64,000 bases of DNA from an uncultured Gammaproteobacteria bacterium (lineage in GTDB: Bacteria; Patescibacteriota; Microgenomatia; JALYQM01), in NCBI GenBank assembly GCA_964535655.1, contig CAZHTP010000001.1, positions 98,573-162,572 on the forward strand, in the 5' to 3' direction. How positions within the stretch are numbered: the first letter of the stretch is position 1; the number at the start of each line of letters is the position of its first letter. Below the pieces are notes generated by a model. The model did no database searches. It had not been told where the DNA came from and was given only the letters and a program-made list of their open reading frames with translations. Below, piece by piece: positions 27,531 through 35,536 of this stretch. A program made the translations under genes and the position numbers.

Positions 27531-28475
27531 ATGATTCACAATGTTATTGTTATTGGTTCGGGGCCGGCAGGTTTGACGGCGGCTCTATATCTTTCACGGG
27601 CAGAATTAAAGCCGTTTGTAATTGCAGGTGGTACTCCTGGTGGTCAGTTAATGATTACGACTGAAGTAGATAATTATCCTGGATTTCCTGAAGGGATTAG
27701 TGGTCCTGAGTTGATGCAACGAATGACTGATCAAGCGAAGCGCTTTGGTGCTGAGTTTATAAATGAAGATGCAACGAAGGTGGATTTTTCGCGTAAAGAT
27801 TCGGATATTTTGAAGGTTTGGGTGGGGGAAACGCTGCATGAATCACGTGCTGTAGTTATTGCTACTGGCGCCAGCGCGATGTGGCTTGGCCTTCCGAATG
27901 AAGCGCGTTTGCAAGGGCACGGTGTGTCTGCGTGTGCAACTTGTGATGGATTTTTCTTTAAGGGAAAAGATATTGCGGTTGTTGGAGGTGGAGATACAGC
28001 AATGGAGGAAGCAACGTTTTTAACTCGTTTTGCTAATTCAGTGACAGTTATTCATCGACGAAGTGAACTTCGTGCCAGTAGAATTATGCAGGAGCGGGCA
28101 AAAAACGATCCAAAAATAAGGTTTATGTTTGATACGGTTGTTGAAGATGTGTTGGGTCAGGATAAGGTAGAGGGGCTAAAACTTAAAAATGTTAAGAGCG
28201 GTGAAACTAGTGATGTGGTTTTCAAAGGACTATTTTTAGCGATTGGCCATAAACCCAATACGGAGATCTTTAGAGAATCGGGTCTTGAATTTGATGGTAC
28301 TGGGTATTTGGTAGGTGAACGTGAGACATGGACGAAACTTGAAGGAGTGTTTCTGGCGGGGGACGTGACTGATCATATTTATCGTCAGGCAGTGACTGCT
28401 GCGGGGAGTGGATGTAAGGCGGCGATTGATGTGGAGCGTTGGTTGGGGGAGGTTAAAACAGAGAGGAATTGGTAG
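27531..28475 (+). CDS. trxB: Thioredoxin-disulfide reductase TrxB.
   Basis: GSGPAGLTAALY (FAD binding), the redox-active site CATCDGFFF, and GGGDTAMEEA (NADPH binding) are present. Confidence 0.92.
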   Translation: MIHNVIVIGSGPAGLTAALYLSRAELKPFVIAGGTPGGQLMITTEVDNYPGFPEGISGPELMQRMTDQAKRFGAEFINEDATKVDFSRKDSDILKVWVGETLHESRAVVIATGASAMWLGLPNEARLQGHGVSACATCDGFFFKGKDIAVVGGGDTAMEEATFLTRFANSVTVIHRRSELRASRIMQERAKNDPKIRFMFDTVVEDVLGQDKVEGLKLKNVKSGETSDVVFKGLFLAIGHKPNTEIFRESGLEFDGTGYLVGERETWTKLEGVFLAGDVTDHIYRQAVTAAGSGCKAAIDVERWLGEVKTERNW

Positions 28476-28505
28476 GTCTCTCCCTTTCTCGCTGAATACT
28501 ACGCC

Positions 28506-28580
28506 GACACGCTTAATGCCTCGTCTTCGCTCGGCATTTAGAAGCTCTGCTCTGCCGTCAGTAGTTTGGCAGAGAAGGTC
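28506..28580 (+). repeat. Copy A of a roughly 75-nt intergenic two-hairpin element. It may be a structured RNA, a REP-like repeat or a 3'-UTR motif.
   Basis: It is about 85% identical to 44784-44856. Hairpin 1 pairs AATGCC (28515-28520) with GGCATT (28533-28538). Hairpin 2 pairs CTCTGCC (28550-28556) with GGCAGAG (28568-28574). The element starts 30 nt after the trxB stop. Confidence 0.5.
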
Positions 28581-28640
28581 GGCTTTAGTATTTCAGTCTC
28601 GAAAGCATTCATAAACAATTATCAATTTTTTATATTAAAA

Positions 28641-28669
28641 AACCTCTCTAAAAGAGAGGTTTGTTTTTT
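28641..28669. terminator. Bidirectional intrinsic terminator (AACCTCTCT-aaa-AGAGAGGTT, with A-run upstream and T-run downstream).
   Basis: A perfect 9-bp inverted repeat is flanked by ATTAAAA and TGTTTTTT. It lies between the convergent trxB gene and the small minus-strand gene. Confidence 0.7.
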
Positions 28670-28690
28670 GTTCAATGAAAAACAGAAATT

Positions 28691-28885
28691 CTATTCTTCT
28701 GGAACAGTTAATTTATCGTATACGTCTTTACCGACAAATTTTGTTAAGTTTGTTCCATTTACATTAGCGCGAACTGCGTAACGTACCTGATCACCTTTCG
28801 CTGTTTTGCGAACATACTTTGTCTTCTTGATTTGATCGTCTGGGACGTCAACTTTTGATCGAGTTTTAACATTATAGAATTGCAT
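28691..28885 (-). CDS. Small basic hypothetical protein (64 aa).
   Basis: An ATG preceded by AAAGGTGGTGA (RBS) gives MQFYNVKTRSKVDVPDDQIKKTKYVRKTAKGDQVRYAVRA... No family was recognised. Confidence 0.5.
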   Translation of the reverse strand: MQFYNVKTRSKVDVPDDQIKKTKYVRKTAKGDQVRYAVRANVNGTNLTKFVGKDVYDKLTVPEE

Positions 28886-29050
28886 TGATAGTGTCACCAC
28901 CTTTCAAATATTGTTGAGTGTAATTGTGCTCAATGAGAGTACTATACTGGGGAATTTTTTGTAATGCAATAGGGAAGTGAGCTACTTTAACTCAAAGTTA
29001 TAGTACGATATACTTTTGATATATTTATTTCTGTTTATATTGAGGCGTTT

Positions 29051-30115
29051 ATGGATGACGAGAAATTTTTTATTAGTACATACAAAGAAGCAGGCTTGTT
29101 GGTAATTGAAGAGGTAAAAAAATACACTTCATTTTTTGCACCAACAATAAAAGAAAGTGACGCAATGCGCAAAGAGATTACGCGGTTTATTTTAGCTGGT
29201 GGAAAACGATTCCGTCCTTCGCTTTCTTATTTAGTTGCGAAATTTTATGGTGTCGATATGATGTTTCCGCATCTTGCGCTGGAAACGTTTCATAAGTATT
29301 TATTAACGCATGATGACATTATGGATCGTGATGATATACGCTACAGTGCGCCAACGGTGCATAAAAAATTGGAGGAGATTATTCATCCCTATACAAACGA
29401 CGCTGGAGAAAGACGACATTTTGGGAATGGGTTAGCAATTGTGGCTGGTGACATGATGGAAGCGGCTACCAATAAGATTATTTTGCAATCAGATTTAGAT
29501 GCTGATGTAAAAGTTCAATTGGTAGGGTTAGTGGCACAAGCGGCTGAAGAAGCGGCGTATGGATGGTATGACCAATTAATTATGGATTATATCCAACTTG
29601 ATTCTAAAGAGCTTTCTTATGAGCGAATTGAAACTTCTATAATTTGGGTGACTGGAAAATATACTATGAAATTTCCGTTACATTTTGGAATTGCTGTTGC
29701 CGGTGTTGGTGTACCAGAAGGGATTGATCACCTGGCTGATGATCTTGGTGTCTTATTTCAAACAGGTGATGATTTGATTGGTTTATTCGGCGATCCTGAA
29801 GCAACAGGGAAATCTAATTTTGGCGATATTGTACAAGGCAAAAAAACATTGCCGATGTGGTTTACCTTTGAACTCGCTAATGCGGGTGATCGGGAAGTGT
29901 TAAAACAACTCGTTGGTAAACAGAATTTAAGCCATGATGAAGCGGAAGTGGTGCGTGGAATTTGTAAAAATTCCGGTGCTTTTGATCGCGCTAAAGGGTT
30001 AATGCGCGAATATCGTGACGCCTGCCTTGGGCAGATTGATGGACTCGATATCCCAGCGGACATGAAAAAGTTTTTGCGCGGATTTGCGATATTTCTTGAG
30101 AAGCGGGATAGATAA
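29051..30115 (+). CDS. Polyprenyl (trans-isoprenyl) diphosphate synthase.
   Basis: The first Asp-rich motif LTHDDIMDRDD and the second FQTGDDLIG are present, with the overall FPP/GGPP synthase architecture. Confidence 0.85.
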   Translation: MDDEKFFISTYKEAGLLVIEEVKKYTSFFAPTIKESDAMRKEITRFILAGGKRFRPSLSYLVAKFYGVDMMFPHLALETFHKYLLTHDDIMDRDDIRYSAPTVHKKLEEIIHPYTNDAGERRHFGNGLAIVAGDMMEAATNKIILQSDLDADVKVQLVGLVAQAAEEAAYGWYDQLIMDYIQLDSKELSYERIETSIIWVTGKYTMKFPLHFGIAVAGVGVPEGIDHLADDLGVLFQTGDDLIGLFGDPEATGKSNFGDIVQGKKTLPMWFTFELANAGDREVLKQLVGKQNLSHDEAEVVRGICKNSGAFDRAKGLMREYRDACLGQIDGLDIPADMKKFLRGFAIFLEKRDR

Positions 30116-30161
30116 TTCATTTCCTCTTTCCAAATCATTGCAGCAATGCTACTTTAATCTT

Positions 30162-31970
30162 ATGGATCGAATTGTCAATAAATTTACGTGGAAGATGGGT
30201 GGAGAAGCCGGGTTCGGGGTAAACTCTTCTGGTTTATTATTCACTCGTTTCTGTATGCGGTATGGGCTCTCTGCCTTTGAATACTCTGAGTATCCTTCAC
30301 TCGTTCGCGGTGGTCATCAAACTTCGCAAGTGAGTGTTGATGAGGCTTTAGTTACGTCTGAACATTTTAATGTGGATTTACTCGTTGCTTTAAATAAGCA
30401 ATCTATTGATTTGCACAAAGAAGAACTATCGAGTGGTTCTGCAGTCATATATGATAGCGCACAGTTTTCTTTGTCTTCACCGGAAGATTTCCTTGGTCGT
30501 AAAGCGTCACAAGTAGTACTGCTTGGTGTGCCGCTAACAGAAATTGCAATCGAATATGCAAACCTAAATCTATTACGAAATACGGTAGCCTTGGGTGCCA
30601 GTTTGGCACTGCTTGGTGCTGATGTTACATTGCTATTCAATCTCGTTGAAGAAGAATTTGCCCGTAAAGAACCGGAAGTAGCCCAGATGAATAGAGAGGC
30701 GATTCAAAAAGGGTATGATTATGTGATGCAGCATTATGCTGGACTAGTGGAATCCTATCCGTTTAAGATGGAGCGAATTACTGCTCAAGACAAGCGAATA
30801 ACGGTTTCAGGAAATGAAGCGATTGGTTTGGGTGCGATACAAGGCGGCATTGAATTTTATGGTGGCTATCCTATGACACCATCGTCAACGATTCTAGCCT
30901 TTATGGCTGCAAATCAATATGATTTTGGTTATGTGGTTAAGCATGCAGAAGATGAAATTGCCGTTGTGAATATGACTGTTGGTGCATCATTTGCCGGAGC
31001 ACGCGCCATGTGTGTGACAAGCGGTGGTGGTTTTGCGTTAATGGAAGAAGGTATTGGATTGGCTGCGATTACTGAGACACCGCTTGTTGTTGTTGATGTG
31101 CAGCGACCTGGCCCTGCAACTGGTTTGCCAACCTGGACTGATCAGGGAGATTTACGATTCGTGTTACATGCCGCACAGGGCGAAGCGTTCCGTGTTGTGA
31201 TTGCGCCAGGTGACATGGATGAATGTTATCGTGGAATACAAATGGCGCTGAATCTCGCTGAAAAATACCAAATCCCCGCAATTGTGTTATCGGATAAATG
31301 GTTAGGCGAGTCGCATGCGGTTGTTTTGAGCTTTGATCCGAAGGCAATCCCTATTGAACGGGGAAAGTTAATTTTAGAAGATTCGCAATTAAGTAAGTAC
31401 AATACTATTAACTCAGATAAAGGAGTGTATGGTCGTTATCTGCCAACCAACGATGGAGTGAGTCCGCGTACTGTTCCTGGTGTAAAAGATGGCGTATACC
31501 TTGCTAATAGTGATGAGCACGAAGAGCATGGGTATACCAGCGAAGAAGCTGATGTTCGTATTGAGCAGGTAGATAAGCGGATGTTTAAATTGCCGCATGT
31601 GCTAAAGGAATTACCCGGCCCAGAAATTTATGGCAATGAATTTTCAAGTATTTTGTTGGTTGGATGGGGGTCTACTAAGGGCCCAATTCTTGAAGCATTA
31701 AAAATGGTCCGAGAGGAGCTTGATACATCAGTTGCGTTTATGCATATGATGTACCTGTGGCCGTTTCATACTGAGATGGTAAAAACAGCATTAATGCGTT
31801 ACCGACGCATTATTATCGTAGAAAATAATTCAACAGCGCAATTTGCCGGGCTGATTGCGGAGATGACAGGTGCTTTGTTAACTGAGCGATGGCTTAAATA
31901 TGATGGTCGTCCATTTTGGCCCGAGGAACTTGCTGCGAAAATAAAGAATGTTATTCAGATGAAAGGGTAG
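30162..31970 (+). CDS. korA: 2-oxoacid:ferredoxin oxidoreductase alpha subunit (KorA/PorA type, gamma-alpha fused).
   Basis: The N-terminus FTWKMGGEAGFGV...LVRGGHQTSQV is present, and the central GGYPMTPSS...NMTVGASFAGARAM is typical of OFOR alpha subunits. The start is chosen at the Met after the upstream stop. Confidence 0.85.
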   Translation: MDRIVNKFTWKMGGEAGFGVNSSGLLFTRFCMRYGLSAFEYSEYPSLVRGGHQTSQVSVDEALVTSEHFNVDLLVALNKQSIDLHKEELSSGSAVIYDSAQFSLSSPEDFLGRKASQVVLLGVPLTEIAIEYANLNLLRNTVALGASLALLGADVTLLFNLVEEEFARKEPEVAQMNREAIQKGYDYVMQHYAGLVESYPFKMERITAQDKRITVSGNEAIGLGAIQGGIEFYGGYPMTPSSTILAFMAANQYDFGYVVKHAEDEIAVVNMTVGASFAGARAMCVTSGGGFALMEEGIGLAAITETPLVVVDVQRPGPATGLPTWTDQGDLRFVLHAAQGEAFRVVIAPGDMDECYRGIQMALNLAEKYQIPAIVLSDKWLGESHAVVLSFDPKAIPIERGKLILEDSQLSKYNTINSDKGVYGRYLPTNDGVSPRTVPGVKDGVYLANSDEHEEHGYTSEEADVRIEQVDKRMFKLPHVLKELPGPEIYGNEFSSILLVGWGSTKGPILEALKMVREELDTSVAFMHMMYLWPFHTEMVKTALMRYRRIIIVENNSTAQFAGLIAEMTGALLTERWLKYDGRPFWPEELAAKIKNVIQMKG

Positions 31971-31975
31971 TTATT

Positions 31976-32839
31976 ATGGATGTGCATGCTGCAAAAAAAT
32001 TTAATACTCGACATAAACCTACCTGGTGTCCGGGGTGTGGTGACTATAGTATTTGGCATGCTCTTAAAATGACGATTGCTGAAAATGGGTGGGAACCACA
32101 TCAGTTTTGTATCGTGTACGACATTGGTTGCAGTGGAAATATGTGTTCATTTGTAAATGCGTATGGTTTTCATGGCCTGCACGGTCGTTCACTTCCCGTT
32201 GCCGCGGGAATAAAAATTTCTAATCATGATTTACCCATAATTGTTGTTGGTGGTGATGGTGGTTTGTATGGCGAAGGGATGGGGCATTTTATTCATTTCA
32301 TGCGGGCTAATCATGACATAACGATGCTTGTACATGATAACCAGATTTACGGATTAACAACCGGGCAGACATCGCCAACTACCGAAAAAGGGCAGAAAAC
32401 AAAATCTAATCCTCTTGGTGGTATTGAAATTCCAATCAATCCCTTGGTGATGGCAATTGCATCGGGTGCTACGTTTGTTGCTCGTGGCTTTGCAGGGGAC
32501 ACAGAAGGCACTGCAGCACTTATTAAGAAGGCGATAGATCATAAAGGCTTTTCACTTGTTGATGTCTTCCAGCCCTGTGTAACATTTAATAAGCACAATA
32601 CGTATGAATGGTTTAAAGAACGGATTTATGATTTATCTGCCACTGACTATGTTCCGAATGATCGCAATGGAGCGTTTGCTAAAGCGAATGAATTTGACAA
32701 GCTTCCAATTGGTGTTGTTTATGAAGATACCTCTCGTTTAACATACGAAGAAGAGTTGCCACAACTTAAGGAGCAGACTCTTATTAAGCATGATACTGTT
32801 AATCGTGATATAACAAATTTGTTACAAACCTATATGTAG
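31976..32839 (+). CDS. korB: 2-oxoacid:ferredoxin oxidoreductase beta subunit (TPP-binding).
   Basis: PTWCPGCGDYSI...GCSGNM...GGDGGLYGEGMGH match the TPP-binding motifs. The start lies 6 nt after the korA stop. Confidence 0.85.
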   Translation: MDVHAAKKFNTRHKPTWCPGCGDYSIWHALKMTIAENGWEPHQFCIVYDIGCSGNMCSFVNAYGFHGLHGRSLPVAAGIKISNHDLPIIVVGGDGGLYGEGMGHFIHFMRANHDITMLVHDNQIYGLTTGQTSPTTEKGQKTKSNPLGGIEIPINPLVMAIASGATFVARGFAGDTEGTAALIKKAIDHKGFSLVDVFQPCVTFNKHNTYEWFKERIYDLSATDYVPNDRNGAFAKANEFDKLPIGVVYEDTSRLTYEEELPQLKEQTLIKHDTVNRDITNLLQTYM

Positions 32840-32851
32840 GGGGTGATCTGT

Positions 32852-33019
32852 TTGATTCGCACTACTCTTGAATTAACTGTTGAAGAAATTGAGCTCATCT
32901 TAGATAGCCTTGGTGTTGAAGAGCCAAGTGAGCATCATGTGAAGATCGAGTTGCGCCGTAAACTGCATGAAATGTTACTTGCCCTTCGTGAACGTCATTC
33001 TAAAGCTGGGATGGCGTAA
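32852..33019 (+). CDS. Possible small ORF (55 aa, helical, acidic) at the end of the kor operon.
   Basis: The GGGGG RBS lies 8 nt before a TTG start. The ORF ends exactly at the strong terminator. It is absent from the 60-aa ORF track and no homology was recognised. Confidence 0.3.
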   Translation: MIRTTLELTVEEIELILDSLGVEEPSEHHVKIELRRKLHEMLLALRERHSKAGMA

Positions 33020-33046
33020 AAATCTGCGCCATTGAGGCGCAGATTT
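33020..33046. terminator. Strong bidirectional terminator hairpin (AAATCTGCGCC-attga-GGCGCAGATTT).
   Basis: A perfect 11-bp stem lies between the + strand kor operon and the convergent minus-strand zinc-ribbon gene. A T-run follows on the minus side. Confidence 0.7.
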
Positions 33047-33073
33047 ACAATAAATTTAAAGTTGGGTGGCTGT

Positions 33074-33322
33074 TTAGATACTTGCAACAATTTCTAATTG
33101 TTTCTGGTGAATACGTGCGAGGCGTTGTTGACGTGCGACTTCTTTTCGTTCGCGCTCTTTTGTTTTTTGAAGTAGCATGTCATCTACTTTTTCCTGGCAT
33201 TCTTTATCGGGGCATGCAGTTTTTGATTTGCGTGTTTTTGTTCCGTTCGCTTCTTCTTCCTCCCATTCTTCTACGGTTATGCGTTGTTGTCCGCAACGTA
33301 TGCACAAGTTAAATATAGTCAT
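33074..33322 (-). CDS. Small zinc-ribbon protein with a Lys/Arg/Glu-rich helical tail.
   Basis: CIRCGQ...CPDKEC provides four Cys as C-x2-C...C-x4-C. The product is 82 aa. Confidence 0.5.
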   Translation of the reverse strand: MTIFNLCIRCGQQRITVEEWEEEEANGTKTRKSKTACPDKECQEKVDDMLLQKTKERERKEVARQQRLARIHQKQLEIVASI

Positions 33323-33609
33323 AGGGGCAGCTCCTTCTGACGCTTCATGCGTCGCAGCTATGGTACTAATAAATTATTACTATTATTTTTTATTAAGCAA
33401 TTGAAGATAGAAAGTTTGTGTGGGAGAAAAAAATTCGTATCTATGTCTATAGGGCAGTTACTCATATCTAAAGGTATGTATACTATATACCAAATATATC
33501 ATTTTTCAAGTGAGCGTAATGATATAAAGTTTTCTTTGCGTAATGTGAGCTTGATAAAATTAATATTTAAAAAACTTATATTAAATAAACGTTTAGTACT
33601 AGAATAACG

Positions 33610-33813
33610 TTGGAAGAGATTTCTTTAGATACCGCCTCTAAAATTTGGAATGTGACTTTGGGTATTCATGGAGAAACTGATAATCCGGTTTATTTGGCTC
33701 AAGGATTAAAAGAGACTTTACAATATAAGTCTTTCAAAATTGATGCTAAGACTGGCGAAGTAATATCTATGGATATAAAATTGATTAATTGTCCAAATTT
33801 GAAGAATGATTAA
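33610..33813 (+). CDS. Hypothetical small protein that may be the antitoxin partner of the downstream PIN remnant.
   Basis: It overlaps the PIN ORF start by 8 nt, a typical toxin-antitoxin (TA) layout. It has a TTG start and no recognisable family. Confidence 0.25.
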   Translation: MEEISLDTASKIWNVTLGIHGETDNPVYLAQGLKETLQYKSFKIDAKTGEVISMDIKLINCPNLKND

Positions 33814-34163
33814 ACTTATTCTTGATACGAATATTCTTCTTGTCTATTTAATAGGATGCTACCGTCCAGAGCTAACATCTCGAAATTCTAGAACTTCAAG
33901 TTATGATAAAGAGGATTTCTACTCTATAGAAAAATATATTGAAGGCAAATGCTTAGTTATAACTCCTTATATTCTAGCTGAAATTTCAAATTTATCGTTA
34001 TATATTAAGGAACCTGGACTTACTGAGTATTAATCAACCTCGACTACTTTCAACCTTTGGATTTACAGACTTATCTATAGTTGCACTGTTAAAAGATAAA
34101 ACGATATCTCTTTTATCTGATGATTCTTCTTTTGTTTGCGCTGGTTTAAGAACTAATTGTTGA
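33806..34163 (+). pseudogene. Frameshifted PIN-domain (VapC-like) toxin gene.
   Basis: Frame A gives MIKLILDTNILLVYL...ITPYILAEISNL, with the PIN Asp and Glu motifs, and stops at 34033. Frame B from 34035 continues as ...FTDLSIVALLKDKTISLLSDDSSF, the conserved PIN D-D segment, to a stop at 34163. Confidence 0.5.
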
Positions 34164-34263
34164 CAATCTTGACTTATCCACCAACATATATATAATAAAT
34201 AGTGTAATTGAAGTTTATCGAAGCGGGTTCCTTGGGGCCTGCTTTTTTTATAGGAGAAAATGT

Positions 34264-35286
34264 ATGGATTTATCACAAGCACGAACAGAGTTTGCTTCGG
34301 CGTTGCGCCAGGTCTGTGCTGAGCGTGGAATTGAGGTTGAAGCAGTACTTGAGACGATCAAAGCCGCTATTTTGGCTGCATATCGTAAGGAAGCTAATCT
34401 TGAAACAACCGACGACTTGAATGTTGAAGTTGACGCTGAAACAGGGGAGCTTGGTATATTTCAGGACGGTAAGAATATTACTCCAGCTGGATTTGGTCGT
34501 ATTGCTTCACAAACCGCTAAACAGGTTATTTTACAGAGAATTCGCGAAGCAGAAAAAGCAGCCCTTGTTAAAGAATATGAGGCTAAGATTGGTACCATTC
34601 AGAATGGTATGATTCAGCGTTTTGATCAGGGCAACTGCATAGTTGACCTTGGTAGGGCTGAAGCAATTATGCCTCGTGAAGAGCAGGTACAACGTGAGAG
34701 ATATCGCATTAACCAAAGATTAACCTTCTATATTGCGGAAATTCGTCAGACAGAGCGGGGAGCACAAATTATTGTATCCCGTTCCCGCCCAGAATTGGTT
34801 GAAGAGATCTTCCGCCGTGAAGTTCCGGAAATCGCTTCTGGTGCTGTAGAAGTTAAAGGCATAGCTCGCGAGGGTGGCTCACGTACTAAGATCGCTGTTT
34901 ATAGCAAACAGACTGGTGTTGACCCTGTAGGGTCATGCGTTGGTCAAAAAGGCGTACGTGTTCAGGCTGTTATTTCGGAAATTGGCGAAGAGCGAATTGA
35001 CGTTATCCAATTCAGCGACGATACTGCTAAATTTATTGCGGCCTCACTTGCACCAGCAAAGGGAGTGCTTGTAGACCTTAACAAAGAAGAGCATTCGGCT
35101 TTGGTAACATGTCCAACCGATCAATTGTCGCTTGCTATTGGTAAAGATGGGCAGAATGTTCGCTTAGCTGTGAAATTAACTGGGTGGAAAATAGATATTA
35201 AAGGACCAAAGGGAAGTGAAACAGAGCAGCCAGCTGATATTACTGCCGAAACAGCAAAACCAGAGGAAGTAGCAACCGAAGCTTAA
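34264..35286 (+). CDS. nusA: Transcription termination/antitermination factor NusA (N-terminal, S1 and two KH domains; no C-terminal acidic repeats).
   Basis: The typical NusA N-terminal domain LETIKAAILAAYRK is followed by S1 and KH motifs (GVDPVGSCVGQKGVRVQAV). Confidence 0.9.
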   Translation: MDLSQARTEFASALRQVCAERGIEVEAVLETIKAAILAAYRKEANLETTDDLNVEVDAETGELGIFQDGKNITPAGFGRIASQTAKQVILQRIREAEKAALVKEYEAKIGTIQNGMIQRFDQGNCIVDLGRAEAIMPREEQVQRERYRINQRLTFYIAEIRQTERGAQIIVSRSRPELVEEIFRREVPEIASGAVEVKGIAREGGSRTKIAVYSKQTGVDPVGSCVGQKGVRVQAVISEIGEERIDVIQFSDDTAKFIAASLAPAKGVLVDLNKEEHSALVTCPTDQLSLAIGKDGQNVRLAVKLTGWKIDIKGPKGSETEQPADITAETAKPEEVATEA

Positions 35287-35304
35287 AAACTATATAATAG
35301 ATGT

Positions 35305-35535
35305 ATGGCGAAGAAACAGAAACCTTCGCGAACGTGTGTTGGATGTCATACCGTGCGTCCCAAGAATGAACTCGTGCGCTTTGTACGAACATCCAAAGGA
35401 ACAGTTGTTGAAGATCCTACCTCACGATTGCGAGGTAGAGGAGCATATGTATGTTCCGAAACAAAAGAGCGTTGCTTGGTTTTAGCAATTAAAAAACGCG
35501 CTTTTGATCGAGCTTTGCCCGGAAAGGTTATTTGA
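35305..35535 (+). CDS. ylxR: YlxR/DUF448 RNA-binding protein.
   Basis: RTCVGCHTVRPKNELVRFV...GRGAYVC matches the YlxR signature. The gene lies between nusA and infB as in many Gram-positive bacteria. Confidence 0.8.
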   Translation: MAKKQKPSRTCVGCHTVRPKNELVRFVRTSKGTVVEDPTSRLRGRGAYVCSETKERCLVLAIKKRAFDRALPGKVI

Positions 35536-35536
35536 A

